Below are positions 43,633 through 52,584 of a stretch of DNA of 64,000 nucleotides, piece after piece. Positions within the stretch are counted from its first letter, which is position 1. Each line of letters begins with the position of its first letter. The notes under the pieces were generated by a model. That model searched no databases, was not told where the DNA came from, and saw only the letters and a list, made by a program, of their open reading frames with translations. A program made the translations under genes and the position numbers. The DNA is from Desulfonatronovibrionaceae bacterium (GTDB taxonomy: Bacteria; Desulfobacterota; Desulfovibrionia; Desulfovibrionales; Desulfonatronovibrionaceae): the NCBI GenBank assembly GCA_046539845.1, contig JBKHGE010000001.1, positions 124,001 to 188,000 on the forward strand. The letters run 5' to 3'.

Positions 43633-45390
43633 TTATTCCTTAAACTGCATATCATACAATTTTTTATATAATCCGCATCGTTCAAGGAGTTTTTCATGCG
43701 ATGCTTCATCAACCACTTTCCCATCCTGCATGACAATAATCCGGTCCGCCTTTAGCACGGTGGACAGCCGGTGGGCGATGACCAGGCTGGTCCGGCTGTG
43801 CATGAGGTTTTCCAAAGCCTTTTGAACAATCCTTTCTGACTCGGTGTCCAGAGCGCTGGTGGCCTCGTCCAGGATGAGAAGATCCGGGTCCTTTAAAAGG
43901 GCCCGGGCAATGGCTATGCGTTGGCGCTGCCCGCCGGAAAGCTTTACTCCCCGCTCGCCTATCAGGGTGTCGTAGCCGTCCGGGAGCTGCTGGATAAAAT
44001 CATGCGCATAAGCTGCCCGGGCAGCGTCTTCCAGGATCATCTGGCTCACATCCTCCCGGCCGTAGGCGATGTTTTCCCGGATGGTGGCATTGAACAGAAA
44101 ATTCTCCTGGGAGACTATGCCTAAACTTTGGCGCAGGCTATGCAGAGTATATTCCTGCACGGCCTGTCCGTTTAAGAGGATACTCCCGGCCTGTGGGTCG
44201 TGGAATCTGGGTACCAGGCTGATCAGGGTGGATTTTCCCGCGCCGCTTGGCCCGACTATGGCTACCTGCTCGCCACGGGCCAGCCCAAAACTCACATCCT
44301 TTAAAGCCGGTTGTTCGCAGCCAGGGTAGGTGAAGGTCACGTTTTCAAAACTAAGGCCCTTAAACGGAGGCTTGTATTCGAGGCTGCCCTCCTGCTCGAC
44401 GCAGATCTCCGGGCTGTCCAGGACTTCGAATATCCGCTCCGCAGCAGCCAAGGCCTTTTGAATGGTAAGATTGGCGTTGTTCAGCTTTTTGACCGGATCA
44501 TAGAGCATGATCAAGGCGGTCATAAAGGAGAAAAAGGTGCCCGGCGTGGATACCCCTTCTATGACCTGTTTGCCTCCGTACCAGACCACTATGCCCATGC
44601 CTAAGGCCCCGATGGTCTCCATTATCGGCGAGGACATCTCGCTGTATGCCACCTGCCGGGTGGCGATGGAAACTAACCGCGCGTTCTCGGCCTTGAAATG
44701 TCTGCGTTCCCTGCTTTCCATGGCAAAGGCCTTGACCACCTTGATCCCGCTGAATATCTCCTGGAGGAAAGTGGAGATATTGGATATTTTGGCTTGATTC
44801 CTGCGCCCCAGCTTGCGGATCTTGCGCCCGAAATAATAGAACGGATACAGGGTGATCGGCAGCACCACCACCGCAATGGTGGCCAGAAAGGGATCCCGAT
44901 AGAAAACAACCCCCAAAAGACCGACCATGGTCAAGGCTTCTCTGGATATCCGGACCAGAGCGGGCAGGCTGGAGCGGACCTGGGTGACGTCGTTTAAGAT
45001 CCTGGCCATGAGATTGCCGATCTGGTTGTCGTCAAAGAATCGGATCGGCAGGCAGATTATTTTACTGTACAGCTCCTCCCGTAGTTTTTCCAACACCTTT
45101 AGCCCGCTGACATTCATCTGGTAGTTCTGCACGAATCTGGCCAGGCCCTTGAGAAAAAAGACCCCGACAATAAGGCCCGGGATGATGGCCAAAGCGGTTT
45201 TGTCCTTGTTGATAAATATTTCATCCAGGGCCGGCTTGACCAGAAATGCCGTGGCTCCGGAGCAGGCCGCGGCCACGGCCATTGCGATCAAAGCCAAGGT
45301 AATCCGAAACTTATACGGCTTGAAATAGGAAAAAGTGCGCTTGGCCAGCTGCCAGCTGCTGCTGCTTTGGGGTTGGTCTTGAAGTTTCAT
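43633..45390 (-). CDS. msbA: MsbA-like lipid A/glycolipid ABC exporter
   Basis: TM domain plus GPSGAGKS, LSGGQRQR, ILDEATSALD, AHRLST; LPS gene context. Confidence 0.85.
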   Translation of the reverse strand: MKLQDQPQSSSSWQLAKRTFSYFKPYKFRITLALIAMAVAAACSGATAFLVKPALDEIFINKDKTALAIIPGLIVGVFFLKGLARFVQNYQMNVSGLKVLEKLREELYSKIICLPIRFFDDNQIGNLMARILNDVTQVRSSLPALVRISREALTMVGLLGVVFYRDPFLATIAVVVLPITLYPFYYFGRKIRKLGRRNQAKISNISTFLQEIFSGIKVVKAFAMESRERRHFKAENARLVSIATRQVAYSEMSSPIMETIGALGMGIVVWYGGKQVIEGVSTPGTFFSFMTALIMLYDPVKKLNNANLTIQKALAAAERIFEVLDSPEICVEQEGSLEYKPPFKGLSFENVTFTYPGCEQPALKDVSFGLARGEQVAIVGPSGAGKSTLISLVPRFHDPQAGSILLNGQAVQEYTLHSLRQSLGIVSQENFLFNATIRENIAYGREDVSQMILEDAARAAYAHDFIQQLPDGYDTLIGERGVKLSGGQRQRIAIARALLKDPDLLILDEATSALDTESERIVQKALENLMHSRTSLVIAHRLSTVLKADRIIVMQDGKVVDEASHEKLLERCGLYKKLYDMQFKE

Positions 45391-45489
45391 ATGTTAAATG
45401 GGTGTCTCAATGGTAGCAATGTTAGAAATTAACGATGTAGTGTTATAAATAATAGCTTTATTTGTCTATGCCGCATTCGGACCGGTTAG

Positions 45490-45713
45490 CAGGCTGTTGA
45501 AAATCTCCCAATTGCTGCGTCGCTACAAAAAGTTCAAACTCTAACGTATGTCTAAATACGCTGCGACCTTGAACTTTTTTTGCTCTTTATCCGGCACCCA
45601 CTTGAGTAGAATATATCTCGGCATGATTTATTACTAGTCAACTCAAGTGGGTGCCGGACTGACGCTTGGAATTTTTGAACAGCCTGCTTAATAAGGACTT
45701 TTTCAACACGCTG
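45490..45713. mobile_element. MITE (224 bp) with 14-bp imperfect terminal inverted repeats and TTAG target duplication
   Basis: TTAG|CAGGCTGTTGAAAA ... TTTTCAACACGCTG|TTAG; internal IRs AAAAAGTTCAA/TTGAACTTTTT (45527-37/45569-79); extra end-like copy TTTTTGAACAGCCTG (45672-86); no ORF. Confidence 0.8.
45590..45658. repeat. Perfect 18-bp inverted repeat with 33-bp AT-rich spacer, nested in the MITE
   Basis: TCCGGCACCCACTTGAGT (45590-45607) / ACTCAAGTGGGTGCCGGA (45641-45658). Confidence 0.95.
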
Positions 45714-46671
45714 TTAGTTTCACCTTTTTGCGGGTCGTTGCAGCCAAGGGGGCGAAGCGAAGCAGGGATAAATATTTTTTAAGCCAGCCGAGCGACTTGC
45801 GGGGAGAGACCCCGATCCTGCCGATGCGCATGGGATTTCCCCCGGGAGCCACGCGTCCGCGCTCCAAGGTGAACGCCGCTTGGAATCCGGCGTCCCCAAG
45901 GGCCCTTTCCGAGACCAAATCAAACTCCCCCCACGGCCAGCAGAATATGTCCATCTCCAGGTTAAGAATCTTTTCCAAAGCGCTTTTGCATCTTTTAAAG
46001 TCGGTGAGGCAGAAATCATAACGTTTCTCCCTATCTCGAGCATGCCAGTGGATTCTGCCGTTTTCCTGACGCGGGAACCATCCCGGTCGGGCATAAGCGC
46101 TACCCCCCTTGAAGCAGGGCATATTCTCCCCGCTTACATCCCGACCGTACAGTCTGTGGCAGCACCAGTTTTCCCTTTTTGCCGCCACTGGTTTTTCCCG
46201 GATAAATGAGCATTCGTGTCCGGCCGAATGGGGCAAAACATCCATGCCGTGGTCATGGACCAGGCTTTTAATTTCCGACTGATTCATGAATTGTTCCGGG
46301 TTGTTATTGACCGTGGCCTGTAAAAAACTCGCGCCGGCACCCAGGATTTTGGGGGCAAAGGACTGTGAGCGTACAGGCCCATTAACTATAAAATCAGTGC
46401 ACACGAAAAACGAGGCCCGCATGTCGCGTTCTTTAAGGAGAGGGAGGGCATACAGCCAATTGCTTATGTGCCCGTCGTCAAAAGTTATGCCTACGGCCGG
46501 AAAATCCAGGGGGCGCTTTTTGGTCACAATCTCCACAATCTCCCGGGCCCCTAAGGTTATAAACCCCATCTCCCGGATGCAGTCCAGATGCTCGGCCAGC
46601 TGCTCCGGAGTGTGCCCGTCCGGAGCGCTGGTATTGTGGTAGCAGAGTATGGGGATTGAGCGCCAGGACAT
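45703..46671 (-). CDS. Polysaccharide deacetylase (CE4/NodB-like)
   Basis: IPILCYHN, ITFDDG, HSAGH, FCWPWG. Confidence 0.88.
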   Translation of the reverse strand: MSWRSIPILCYHNTSAPDGHTPEQLAEHLDCIREMGFITLGAREIVEIVTKKRPLDFPAVGITFDDGHISNWLYALPLLKERDMRASFFVCTDFIVNGPVRSQSFAPKILGAGASFLQATVNNNPEQFMNQSEIKSLVHDHGMDVLPHSAGHECSFIREKPVAAKRENWCCHRLYGRDVSGENMPCFKGGSAYARPGWFPRQENGRIHWHARDREKRYDFCLTDFKRCKSALEKILNLEMDIFCWPWGEFDLVSERALGDAGFQAAFTLERGRVAPGGNPMRIGRIGVSPRKSLGWLKKYLSLLRFAPLAATTRKKVKLTAC

Positions 46672-46674
46672 ATT

Positions 46675-47745
46675 TTAGTCTTTTACGGGAAAAGGATATT
46701 GGATGCAGCTTAGGCAAAAATTTTCCAGGGCCTTTATTTGTTTTTCAAAACAAAAATATTTTTTTATGTGTTCGCGCATTTCTCTTTGCATGGTTTTAAG
46801 TTCGTTTTGGTCTTTATCCAACAGGGCAGAAAGTATTTTAACGCAACTCTCCCCGGAATCAAATAAAAGATTATGGGCATTTTTCGGCCACATGTCCCGA
46901 ACCGGCTCAATATCTCTGGCTACGGGAACCAGGCCGTGGGCCATGCCTTCAAGCAGGGCATTGGGCAGGCCTTCGGAATGGGAGCCTAAAAGGAATATGT
47001 CCGCGTCTTGTAAGTATGCGGGTACGTCATTTGTAAATCCGGCAAAAAAAACCCTGTCCCGGAGCGGGCTTTTATCCACCCTTTTTTGCAGTTTATCTTC
47101 CTCCGGCCCGGTACCGACAATAGTATAGGTGAAATCATGCCCCTGCTTAAATACTGCTTCCAGGCAGTCGAGCATCTCCAGGTGTCCCTTGTTCGCATTC
47201 AGCTGACTGGTGGAGACTATGCGCAGGGGACGGGCAAGTGAATCGCGGAACCGGGGCACGGTTTTACCGGTATGGATTACATGCACCCGGGAAGGGTCAA
47301 TGTACGCATGGTCTCGAATGATCCCTCTTTTTACATATTCGGCCGGGGCAAGGAGGCGGGGCCGGATATACTTGTAGGCAAGGCGCACCTTGAGGCAGTT
47401 ACGCATATCCCCGGGCAGGCCTACGCGGTGGATAACCGGAATATTAAGCAATTTTGCCGCCACGCCGGCCGTGCGCATGCCCTTGCCCACGTTGACCATT
47501 ACCAGTTCAGTGCCTGTTTTCCGGAAAAAACGGATAAATCTGGAAATTGTTAACGGATTGAAATCCGGACCAAAATCCACTTCCATGGTCCGGATGTTTT
47601 TTTCTTCAGCCGTGTCCAGAAACGAACCGGCCCGTCCGGCTATGCGGCAGCTGTGCCCGAGTTTTTCCAGGCCGAGCGCGGATTCAAGCATCCAGGTTTT
47701 GACTCCGCCCCATTTACGGGTCGCGTTTACAAAAACAATATTCAT
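46675..47745 (-). CDS. GT4 glycosyltransferase
   Basis: WGGVKTW, NKGH, FAGF, EGLPNALLEGMAHG. Confidence 0.9.
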   Translation of the reverse strand: MNIVFVNATRKWGGVKTWMLESALGLEKLGHSCRIAGRAGSFLDTAEEKNIRTMEVDFGPDFNPLTISRFIRFFRKTGTELVMVNVGKGMRTAGVAAKLLNIPVIHRVGLPGDMRNCLKVRLAYKYIRPRLLAPAEYVKRGIIRDHAYIDPSRVHVIHTGKTVPRFRDSLARPLRIVSTSQLNANKGHLEMLDCLEAVFKQGHDFTYTIVGTGPEEDKLQKRVDKSPLRDRVFFAGFTNDVPAYLQDADIFLLGSHSEGLPNALLEGMAHGLVPVARDIEPVRDMWPKNAHNLLFDSGESCVKILSALLDKDQNELKTMQREMREHIKKYFCFEKQIKALENFCLSCIQYPFPVKD

Positions 47746-47863
47746 TTATATCTTCTGGGATTCCTTTTTGGCGGGACCTGGGACAGGAGCGGGCTTTGCG
47801 CCTAAAAGTATCAATAAATGCGCAAGAATCAAAATCTTTCGGGCAATTCTGGGAAAAGCCGTT

Positions 47864-48640
47864 TTAAGAACCGGCAATGGCGTTTAATATCTTCTTGGCC
47901 ACACAGGCCGCTCCGAATCCGTTGTCGATATTTACCGTTGTTACTCCCGGAGCGCAGGAATTGAGCATGTTAAAAAGCGGGGTGAACCCGTTTAGCGCCG
48001 CACCGTAGCCCACCGAAGTGGGTACGCCTATTACAGGCAGAGGGGAAAGTCCAGCCACTACTGAGGGCAGGGCCCCGTCCATCCCGGCGATCACCACCAG
48101 GGCCTTAGCCGCATCCATTTTATCCCTGTTCTCCAGTATGCGGTGCAGACCGGCTACTCCGGCGTCGCACAATAGTCCGGTCTCGACCCCCAAATATATG
48201 CAGGTGGCCAGGCATTCCAGGGCCACGGGCACATCCGCGCTACCGGCGGTGATGATCAGTACGTCTCCTTTTTCCGGCCGTTTTTGCTCCAGTTTGGGAT
48301 CGAAATTAAGAGCGAACACGCGGGCCGCAAAATGATAGACACCCTCGGGGAACGCCTTTTTTAGGGCTGGCTCGTGCTCCGGAGGTACCCTGGTGGCCAG
48401 GACCGGGTTTTTGTTCTCCCCCAGTCTTTCGGCGGCTTCAATGATCTGCTCCGCGCTCTTGCCCGGTCCGAAGATGACTTCTCTTATGCCGGTCCTCTGT
48501 TCCCGCTTAAGGTCGGGGATGAGTTCCCGGGACACGGGATTTGGCTGCATGGCCTGCTTTATCAGGGGCAGGCCGTGTTCCGGTGTGATGGTATTTTTAG
48601 ATATTTGCCTGAGTATGTTCAGTATTAGGGCGCTGTCCAT
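47864..48640 (-). CDS. larB: Nickel-pincer cofactor biosynthesis protein LarB (PurE-like)
   Basis: RTGIREVIFGPGK, TAGSADVPVA, DAGVAGLHR, AGMDGALPSV, VPTSVGYG, VNIDNGFGAA. Confidence 0.92.
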   Translation of the reverse strand: MDSALILNILRQISKNTITPEHGLPLIKQAMQPNPVSRELIPDLKREQRTGIREVIFGPGKSAEQIIEAAERLGENKNPVLATRVPPEHEPALKKAFPEGVYHFAARVFALNFDPKLEQKRPEKGDVLIITAGSADVPVALECLATCIYLGVETGLLCDAGVAGLHRILENRDKMDAAKALVVIAGMDGALPSVVAGLSPLPVIGVPTSVGYGAALNGFTPLFNMLNSCAPGVTTVNIDNGFGAACVAKKILNAIAGS

Positions 48641-48643
48641 GGC

Positions 48644-50425
48644 CTACATATTCAAGCGGAAGCCGCCGGTGTCAAGGCGTTTTTCCAGTCTGGCGGCCAG
48701 AATGCTCATGGAGTAGCAGCACAGGAAATACAAGACCGCGACAGTAGTATATATCTCAAAGGGATAGACCATGAGCCGGTTGTTTATGCCCTGGGCGACA
48801 AAGGTAAGTTCCATAACCCCGATTACGTAAGCCAGGGAGGTATCCTTGAAGATGGCGATAAACTGCCCGACAATGGCCGGGATCATCTGCTTGAGCGCCT
48901 GGGGGAGGATTATTTTGCGCATGGTCTGAAAATAACTCAGGCCGGTGCTGGCCGCGGCCTCGAACTGCCCGACCGGGATATTCTGGATACCCCCGCGCAC
49001 GATTTCCGCCAGGTAGGCACCGGTAAATATGGTCAAAGCGATTGTCGCACTCCAGAATACGTTTATATATGCGTTGGTGAATATGGGCAAAAAGAAATAC
49101 ACCCAGAAAATGACCATTATAAGCGGGTTGCCGCGGATAATTTCAATATACGCCATACACGGTAGCCGGAATACGCGGTTTTTGGACATCCTGCCCAAGC
49201 CCACGACCAAGCCGATAAAAAAGCTCACGCTTATAGCGATAACGGACATGAGGATAGAAAAAGAGAGCCCGCCGAGCCCCCAGAACAGCTCGTCCGGATC
49301 CCTGCTCGGGAACTGCCAGATAAGAAGTTTTTTTAAGTTGTTGGCGATTACCCCCCAGTCCAGAGCCAATATCCCCTGACCAGCCTTGTATAAGAGATAA
49401 AAAAAGGCGAGCCCAAACAGGGTCTTTGCCGCCAGCTTTGTCCCCCACCACAGTCTTTGGCCCGCAAGGCGCATAAGGGCCCGGGACCGGGATACCTGCA
49501 GCTCCTTTGCCGGGGGGAGCTTCAACTGGTCCCCTAAAAAGGAGAAGAGTCTGCCCAGCCAGGTAATTGGCGAGAAGAGCAGGTAGGCTAGTTTGTGCGA
49601 CCACTCCATTTTTTCTTTGGGGACTATTTGTAGTCTGGAGTTTATGAGGTTGAGTACGCCGGATATGACCAGGGAAAGGGTGAGATACAGAACAGTCGCC
49701 GCGGTGGTGGCCTCGAACCCCTTGAAGGTCAAGGACTCCAACTGCTGGGACTGCCAGCAGAGTTCGGCCACCCCGATGACCATGGCTAGGGAGGAGTTTT
49801 TCATGTTGTTCAAAAACTCGCTGCCCAGCGGGGGGATGATATTCCTGAAGGCCAGGGGAAGAATTATTTTGCGCAGGGTCTGAAGATATGTGAGGCCGGA
49901 GGAGTACGAGGCCTCCAGCAGTCCTCCGGGAATGGACTGTATCCCGGCCCGGATCACCTCGGCCATGAATGAACCGGTGTAGATGGCCAGCCCCAGAGTG
50001 GCGCTCCAGAACTCAAAGTTCTGGTTGAATATGAATCTCTGCCAGGTCTCGGGCAGGGCCATGGGCATGGCGAAATACCAGAAAAAAAGCTGCACCAGAA
50101 GCGGGGTGTTGCGGAAGAATTCCACATAAAACGTGGACAAGGCCTTCAAGGGCTTGAACGCGGAAAGACGGCCCAGCCCGAAGAAGGTGCCCAGAGCAAG
50201 GGCTATGCCCGAGCTTATGAGGGAGATCTCAATGGTCAGCTGCAGACCCTCGAGGAGGTACCAGCCAAGGACTTCCCCGTAGGTTTCGTTTTTTTCGTAT
50301 AGGATGCTCCAATCGAAATTGTATCCGAAATCAAAGACAAAGCCCCAGTAATACCCCGCGCAGACCAGGATAAGAAAAAGCAGGGCATATTGGACCCAGG
50401 TTTTTTCAAGCCAGTATCTAAGCAT
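48644..50425 (-). CDS. Polar amino-acid ABC transporter permease with two fused TM domains
   Basis: Two HisM/HisQ-type domains (FRNTPLLVQL...AEVIRAGI...NSSL; RGNPLIM...AEIVRGGI...KDTSL). Confidence 0.92.
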   Translation of the reverse strand: MLRYWLEKTWVQYALLFLILVCAGYYWGFVFDFGYNFDWSILYEKNETYGEVLGWYLLEGLQLTIEISLISSGIALALGTFFGLGRLSAFKPLKALSTFYVEFFRNTPLLVQLFFWYFAMPMALPETWQRFIFNQNFEFWSATLGLAIYTGSFMAEVIRAGIQSIPGGLLEASYSSGLTYLQTLRKIILPLAFRNIIPPLGSEFLNNMKNSSLAMVIGVAELCWQSQQLESLTFKGFEATTAATVLYLTLSLVISGVLNLINSRLQIVPKEKMEWSHKLAYLLFSPITWLGRLFSFLGDQLKLPPAKELQVSRSRALMRLAGQRLWWGTKLAAKTLFGLAFFYLLYKAGQGILALDWGVIANNLKKLLIWQFPSRDPDELFWGLGGLSFSILMSVIAISVSFFIGLVVGLGRMSKNRVFRLPCMAYIEIIRGNPLIMVIFWVYFFLPIFTNAYINVFWSATIALTIFTGAYLAEIVRGGIQNIPVGQFEAAASTGLSYFQTMRKIILPQALKQMIPAIVGQFIAIFKDTSLAYVIGVMELTFVAQGINNRLMVYPFEIYTTVAVLYFLCCYSMSILAARLEKRLDTGGFRLNM

Positions 50426-50512
50426 TGTCTCCGTCCGCGTTTTTCTCCGCTTTTGTCTTTTCCCTGGTCGGGCTCAAAAGCAAGGACAAAAAGGTCTTGG
50501 CAGTTAAAAGAG

Positions 50513-50554
50513 GCCGGTAAACAAGGCCCCCCCAGGGGGGGCTTGTTTACCGGC
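50513..50554 (-). terminator. Long intercistronic hairpin downstream of the substrate-binding gene
   Basis: GCCGGTAAACAAG-GCCCCCCCAGGGGGGG-CTTGTTTACCGGC, followed by CTCTTTT on the minus strand. Confidence 0.75.
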
Positions 50555-50570
50555 TATAAGCAGGTCGGGC

Positions 50571-51398
50571 TTAGGGCCAGACTTCGATTTCTTCGGTCAT
50601 GGGGAAGTGATAAGGGGTGTCCGGACCGTACCATTTGTTGTAGATTTCCATGTATGTACCGTCTTTCCACATATCCTGCAGGGTGAAATTGATGGTGTCC
50701 CGCCATTTGGAATCGTCCTCAGGAAGGCCGATCCCGTAGGGCTCGTTACTGAAAAAATCTCCTACCAGTTCGTATTCGCCCGGCTGTTTGGCCGCATACC
50801 CGAGCAAAATGGTGCTGTCCGTGGTAAAGGCATCCACACGGCCCATTTTCAGGGCATTAAATGCCGAGGCATAGTCCTGAAAGGAGACCACATTTTTTTT
50901 GTAGTTGGGATCGCCGAGTTCTTTGAGCAGGTTCTTTATGTTGATTTCCGAGGTAGTCCCCTGGGTGGTGGCGATCTTTTTGCCCACAAAGTCTTCCCAT
51001 TTGTCAAATTTACCTTTCTTGGCCAAGAGTTTCTGCCCGTCAAAGAAATAGGTGATGGAGAAGTCAATGGATTTGTCCCGTTCCCGCTGATGGGTCATGT
51101 TGGCCACCGACATGTCGATGCGGCCCTGCTGGATAAAGGTTATCCGGGTCTTGTCCGTAACCTTTACCCTTTTCAGGTCGCAGCCGAGACGGTCGGCGAT
51201 TTCTTTGGCTATGTCCACGTCAAATCCAACCCAATCGCCGTCTTCATTGAAGTAGGCGCCGGGGATGGAATTGGTCATAAGCCCGCAGCGGATGACCTTG
51301 TTTTTCATAACTTGATCGTAAGTGGGGCCGGCCAGGGCCAGTTGTGCGGTGGCGAACACCAGCACCAGGATCAGGGAAAGAATCTTTAAGGTGCGCAT
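50571..51398 (-). CDS. Polar amino-acid ABC substrate-binding protein (family 3)
   Basis: Signal peptide, GFDVDIA, RITFIQQGRID, DFSITYF, GTTSE, EPYGIG. Confidence 0.93.
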   Translation of the reverse strand: MRTLKILSLILVLVFATAQLALAGPTYDQVMKNKVIRCGLMTNSIPGAYFNEDGDWVGFDVDIAKEIADRLGCDLKRVKVTDKTRITFIQQGRIDMSVANMTHQRERDKSIDFSITYFFDGQKLLAKKGKFDKWEDFVGKKIATTQGTTSEINIKNLLKELGDPNYKKNVVSFQDYASAFNALKMGRVDAFTTDSTILLGYAAKQPGEYELVGDFFSNEPYGIGLPEDDSKWRDTINFTLQDMWKDGTYMEIYNKWYGPDTPYHFPMTEEIEVWP

Positions 51399-51491
51399 CA
51401 GGTCCCTCCATTAAAAAAGTAAAAGGTGAATGGATAAACTAAACGCTTATATAAGCGCTGGCCGCATATTTGCGGCCGGCAGCATTGCCGC

Positions 51492-52220
51492 CTAATGGGA
51501 CAGTATCTTGCTCAAAAACAATTTGGTTCGGTCGTGCACCGGGTTGTTGAAGAATTCGTGCGGGATGTTCTCCTCTATGAGGGCGCCTTCGTCCATGAAG
51601 ATGACCCGGTCGGCGACCTCCTTGGCAAACCCCATTTCGTGGGTTACGCAGATCATGGTCATCCCTTCCCGGGCCAGGTTCTTCATCACGTCCAGGACCT
51701 CGGTTATCATTTCCGGGTCCAGAGCTGAGGTGGGCTCGTCAAAGAGCATTATCTTCGGCTGCATGGCCAGACCGCGGGCTATGGCCACTCTCTGCTGCTG
51801 GCCTCCGGAGAGCTGCTCCGGATAGTTGCCCGCCTTGTCCGGGATGTTCACCTTGGCCAAGAGTTTCATGCCCAGTTCTTCGGCCTGCCTGCGCCGCAGC
51901 TTACGGACCAGGGTCGGGGCGAGGATCACATTGTCCAAAACAGTCATGTGCGGGTAGAGATTGAACTGTTGAAAGACGAATCCGATTTCCGCCCGCAATT
52001 GGGATAGGTTCAGGCGCAGATCGTTGATATCAGCGCCTTCGATTTCGATCTTTCCCTTCTGGATGGGCTCCAGGCGGTTGATGCACCGGATGAGTGTGCT
52101 TTTTCCGGAGCCGCTCGGACCGCAGATGACCACCACCTCGCCCCGTTTTATATCCAGGTTGATGTCCTTGAGTACGTGATGCTCCCCGAACCACTTATGG
52201 GCATGACTGATCCTGATCAA
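51492..52220 (-). CDS. Polar amino-acid ABC transporter ATP-binding protein (GlnQ family)
   Basis: [53 protein letters not shown] start. Confidence 0.95.
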   Translation of the reverse strand: MIRISHAHKWFGEHHVLKDINLDIKRGEVVVICGPSGSGKSTLIRCINRLEPIQKGKIEIEGADINDLRLNLSQLRAEIGFVFQQFNLYPHMTVLDNVILAPTLVRKLRRRQAEELGMKLLAKVNIPDKAGNYPEQLSGGQQQRVAIARGLAMQPKIMLFDEPTSALDPEMITEVLDVMKNLAREGMTMICVTHEMGFAKEVADRVIFMDEGALIEENIPHEFFNNPVHDRTKLFLSKILSH

Positions 52221-52389
52221 GTCGACCTCTTTATTGTTTTATTGCCAAAGCTGTTTTAGTCTGCTCCGGATAGCGCTGGTCTTTCAGGCCCGGGTTTGTC
52301 TCTCCGGGTAGAGGCCGCAGCATTCCAGCGGCGTATTGGCTGTTATCAAAACCTTTCTGCTTGAGCAAGAGGGGGGATTTGTGTTTCTA

Positions 52390-52470
52390 CAGGCCGTTAA
52401 AAATCTCCCAATGGTGGCAAAGCGGCAATGAGTTCAAACTCTTATTTACTGATAAGTGCGCTGCGGTCCT
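52390..52470 (+). mobile_element. Truncated, decayed copy of the MITE at 45490 (left part)
   Basis: CAGGCCGTTAAAAATCTCCCAAT...AGTTCAAACTCT...CGCTGCG aligns colinearly with 45490-45565. Confidence 0.75.
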
Positions 52471-52545
52471 CTATTAGGGGCGGTTTTGTCCGGTGCAGGG
52501 AAAATAAAGGCCGTATCGCCTGCCGGTCCGGGCGGTCATATGTGA

Positions 52546-52574
52546 TTGAAAAAAAATCAAGTTAAGGATAAAAT
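52546..52574 (+). promoter_or_regulatory. Sigma-70-type promoter
   Basis: TTGAAA (52546-51), 17 bp, TAAAAT (52569-74). Confidence 0.6.
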
Positions 52575-52584
52575 CCTATCTATA

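Noticed and set aside
47790..47863. Faint resemblance (CTAAAAGTATCAATAAATGCGC) to the MITE core
   Set aside because: Too short and divergent to support by eye; no terminal repeats.
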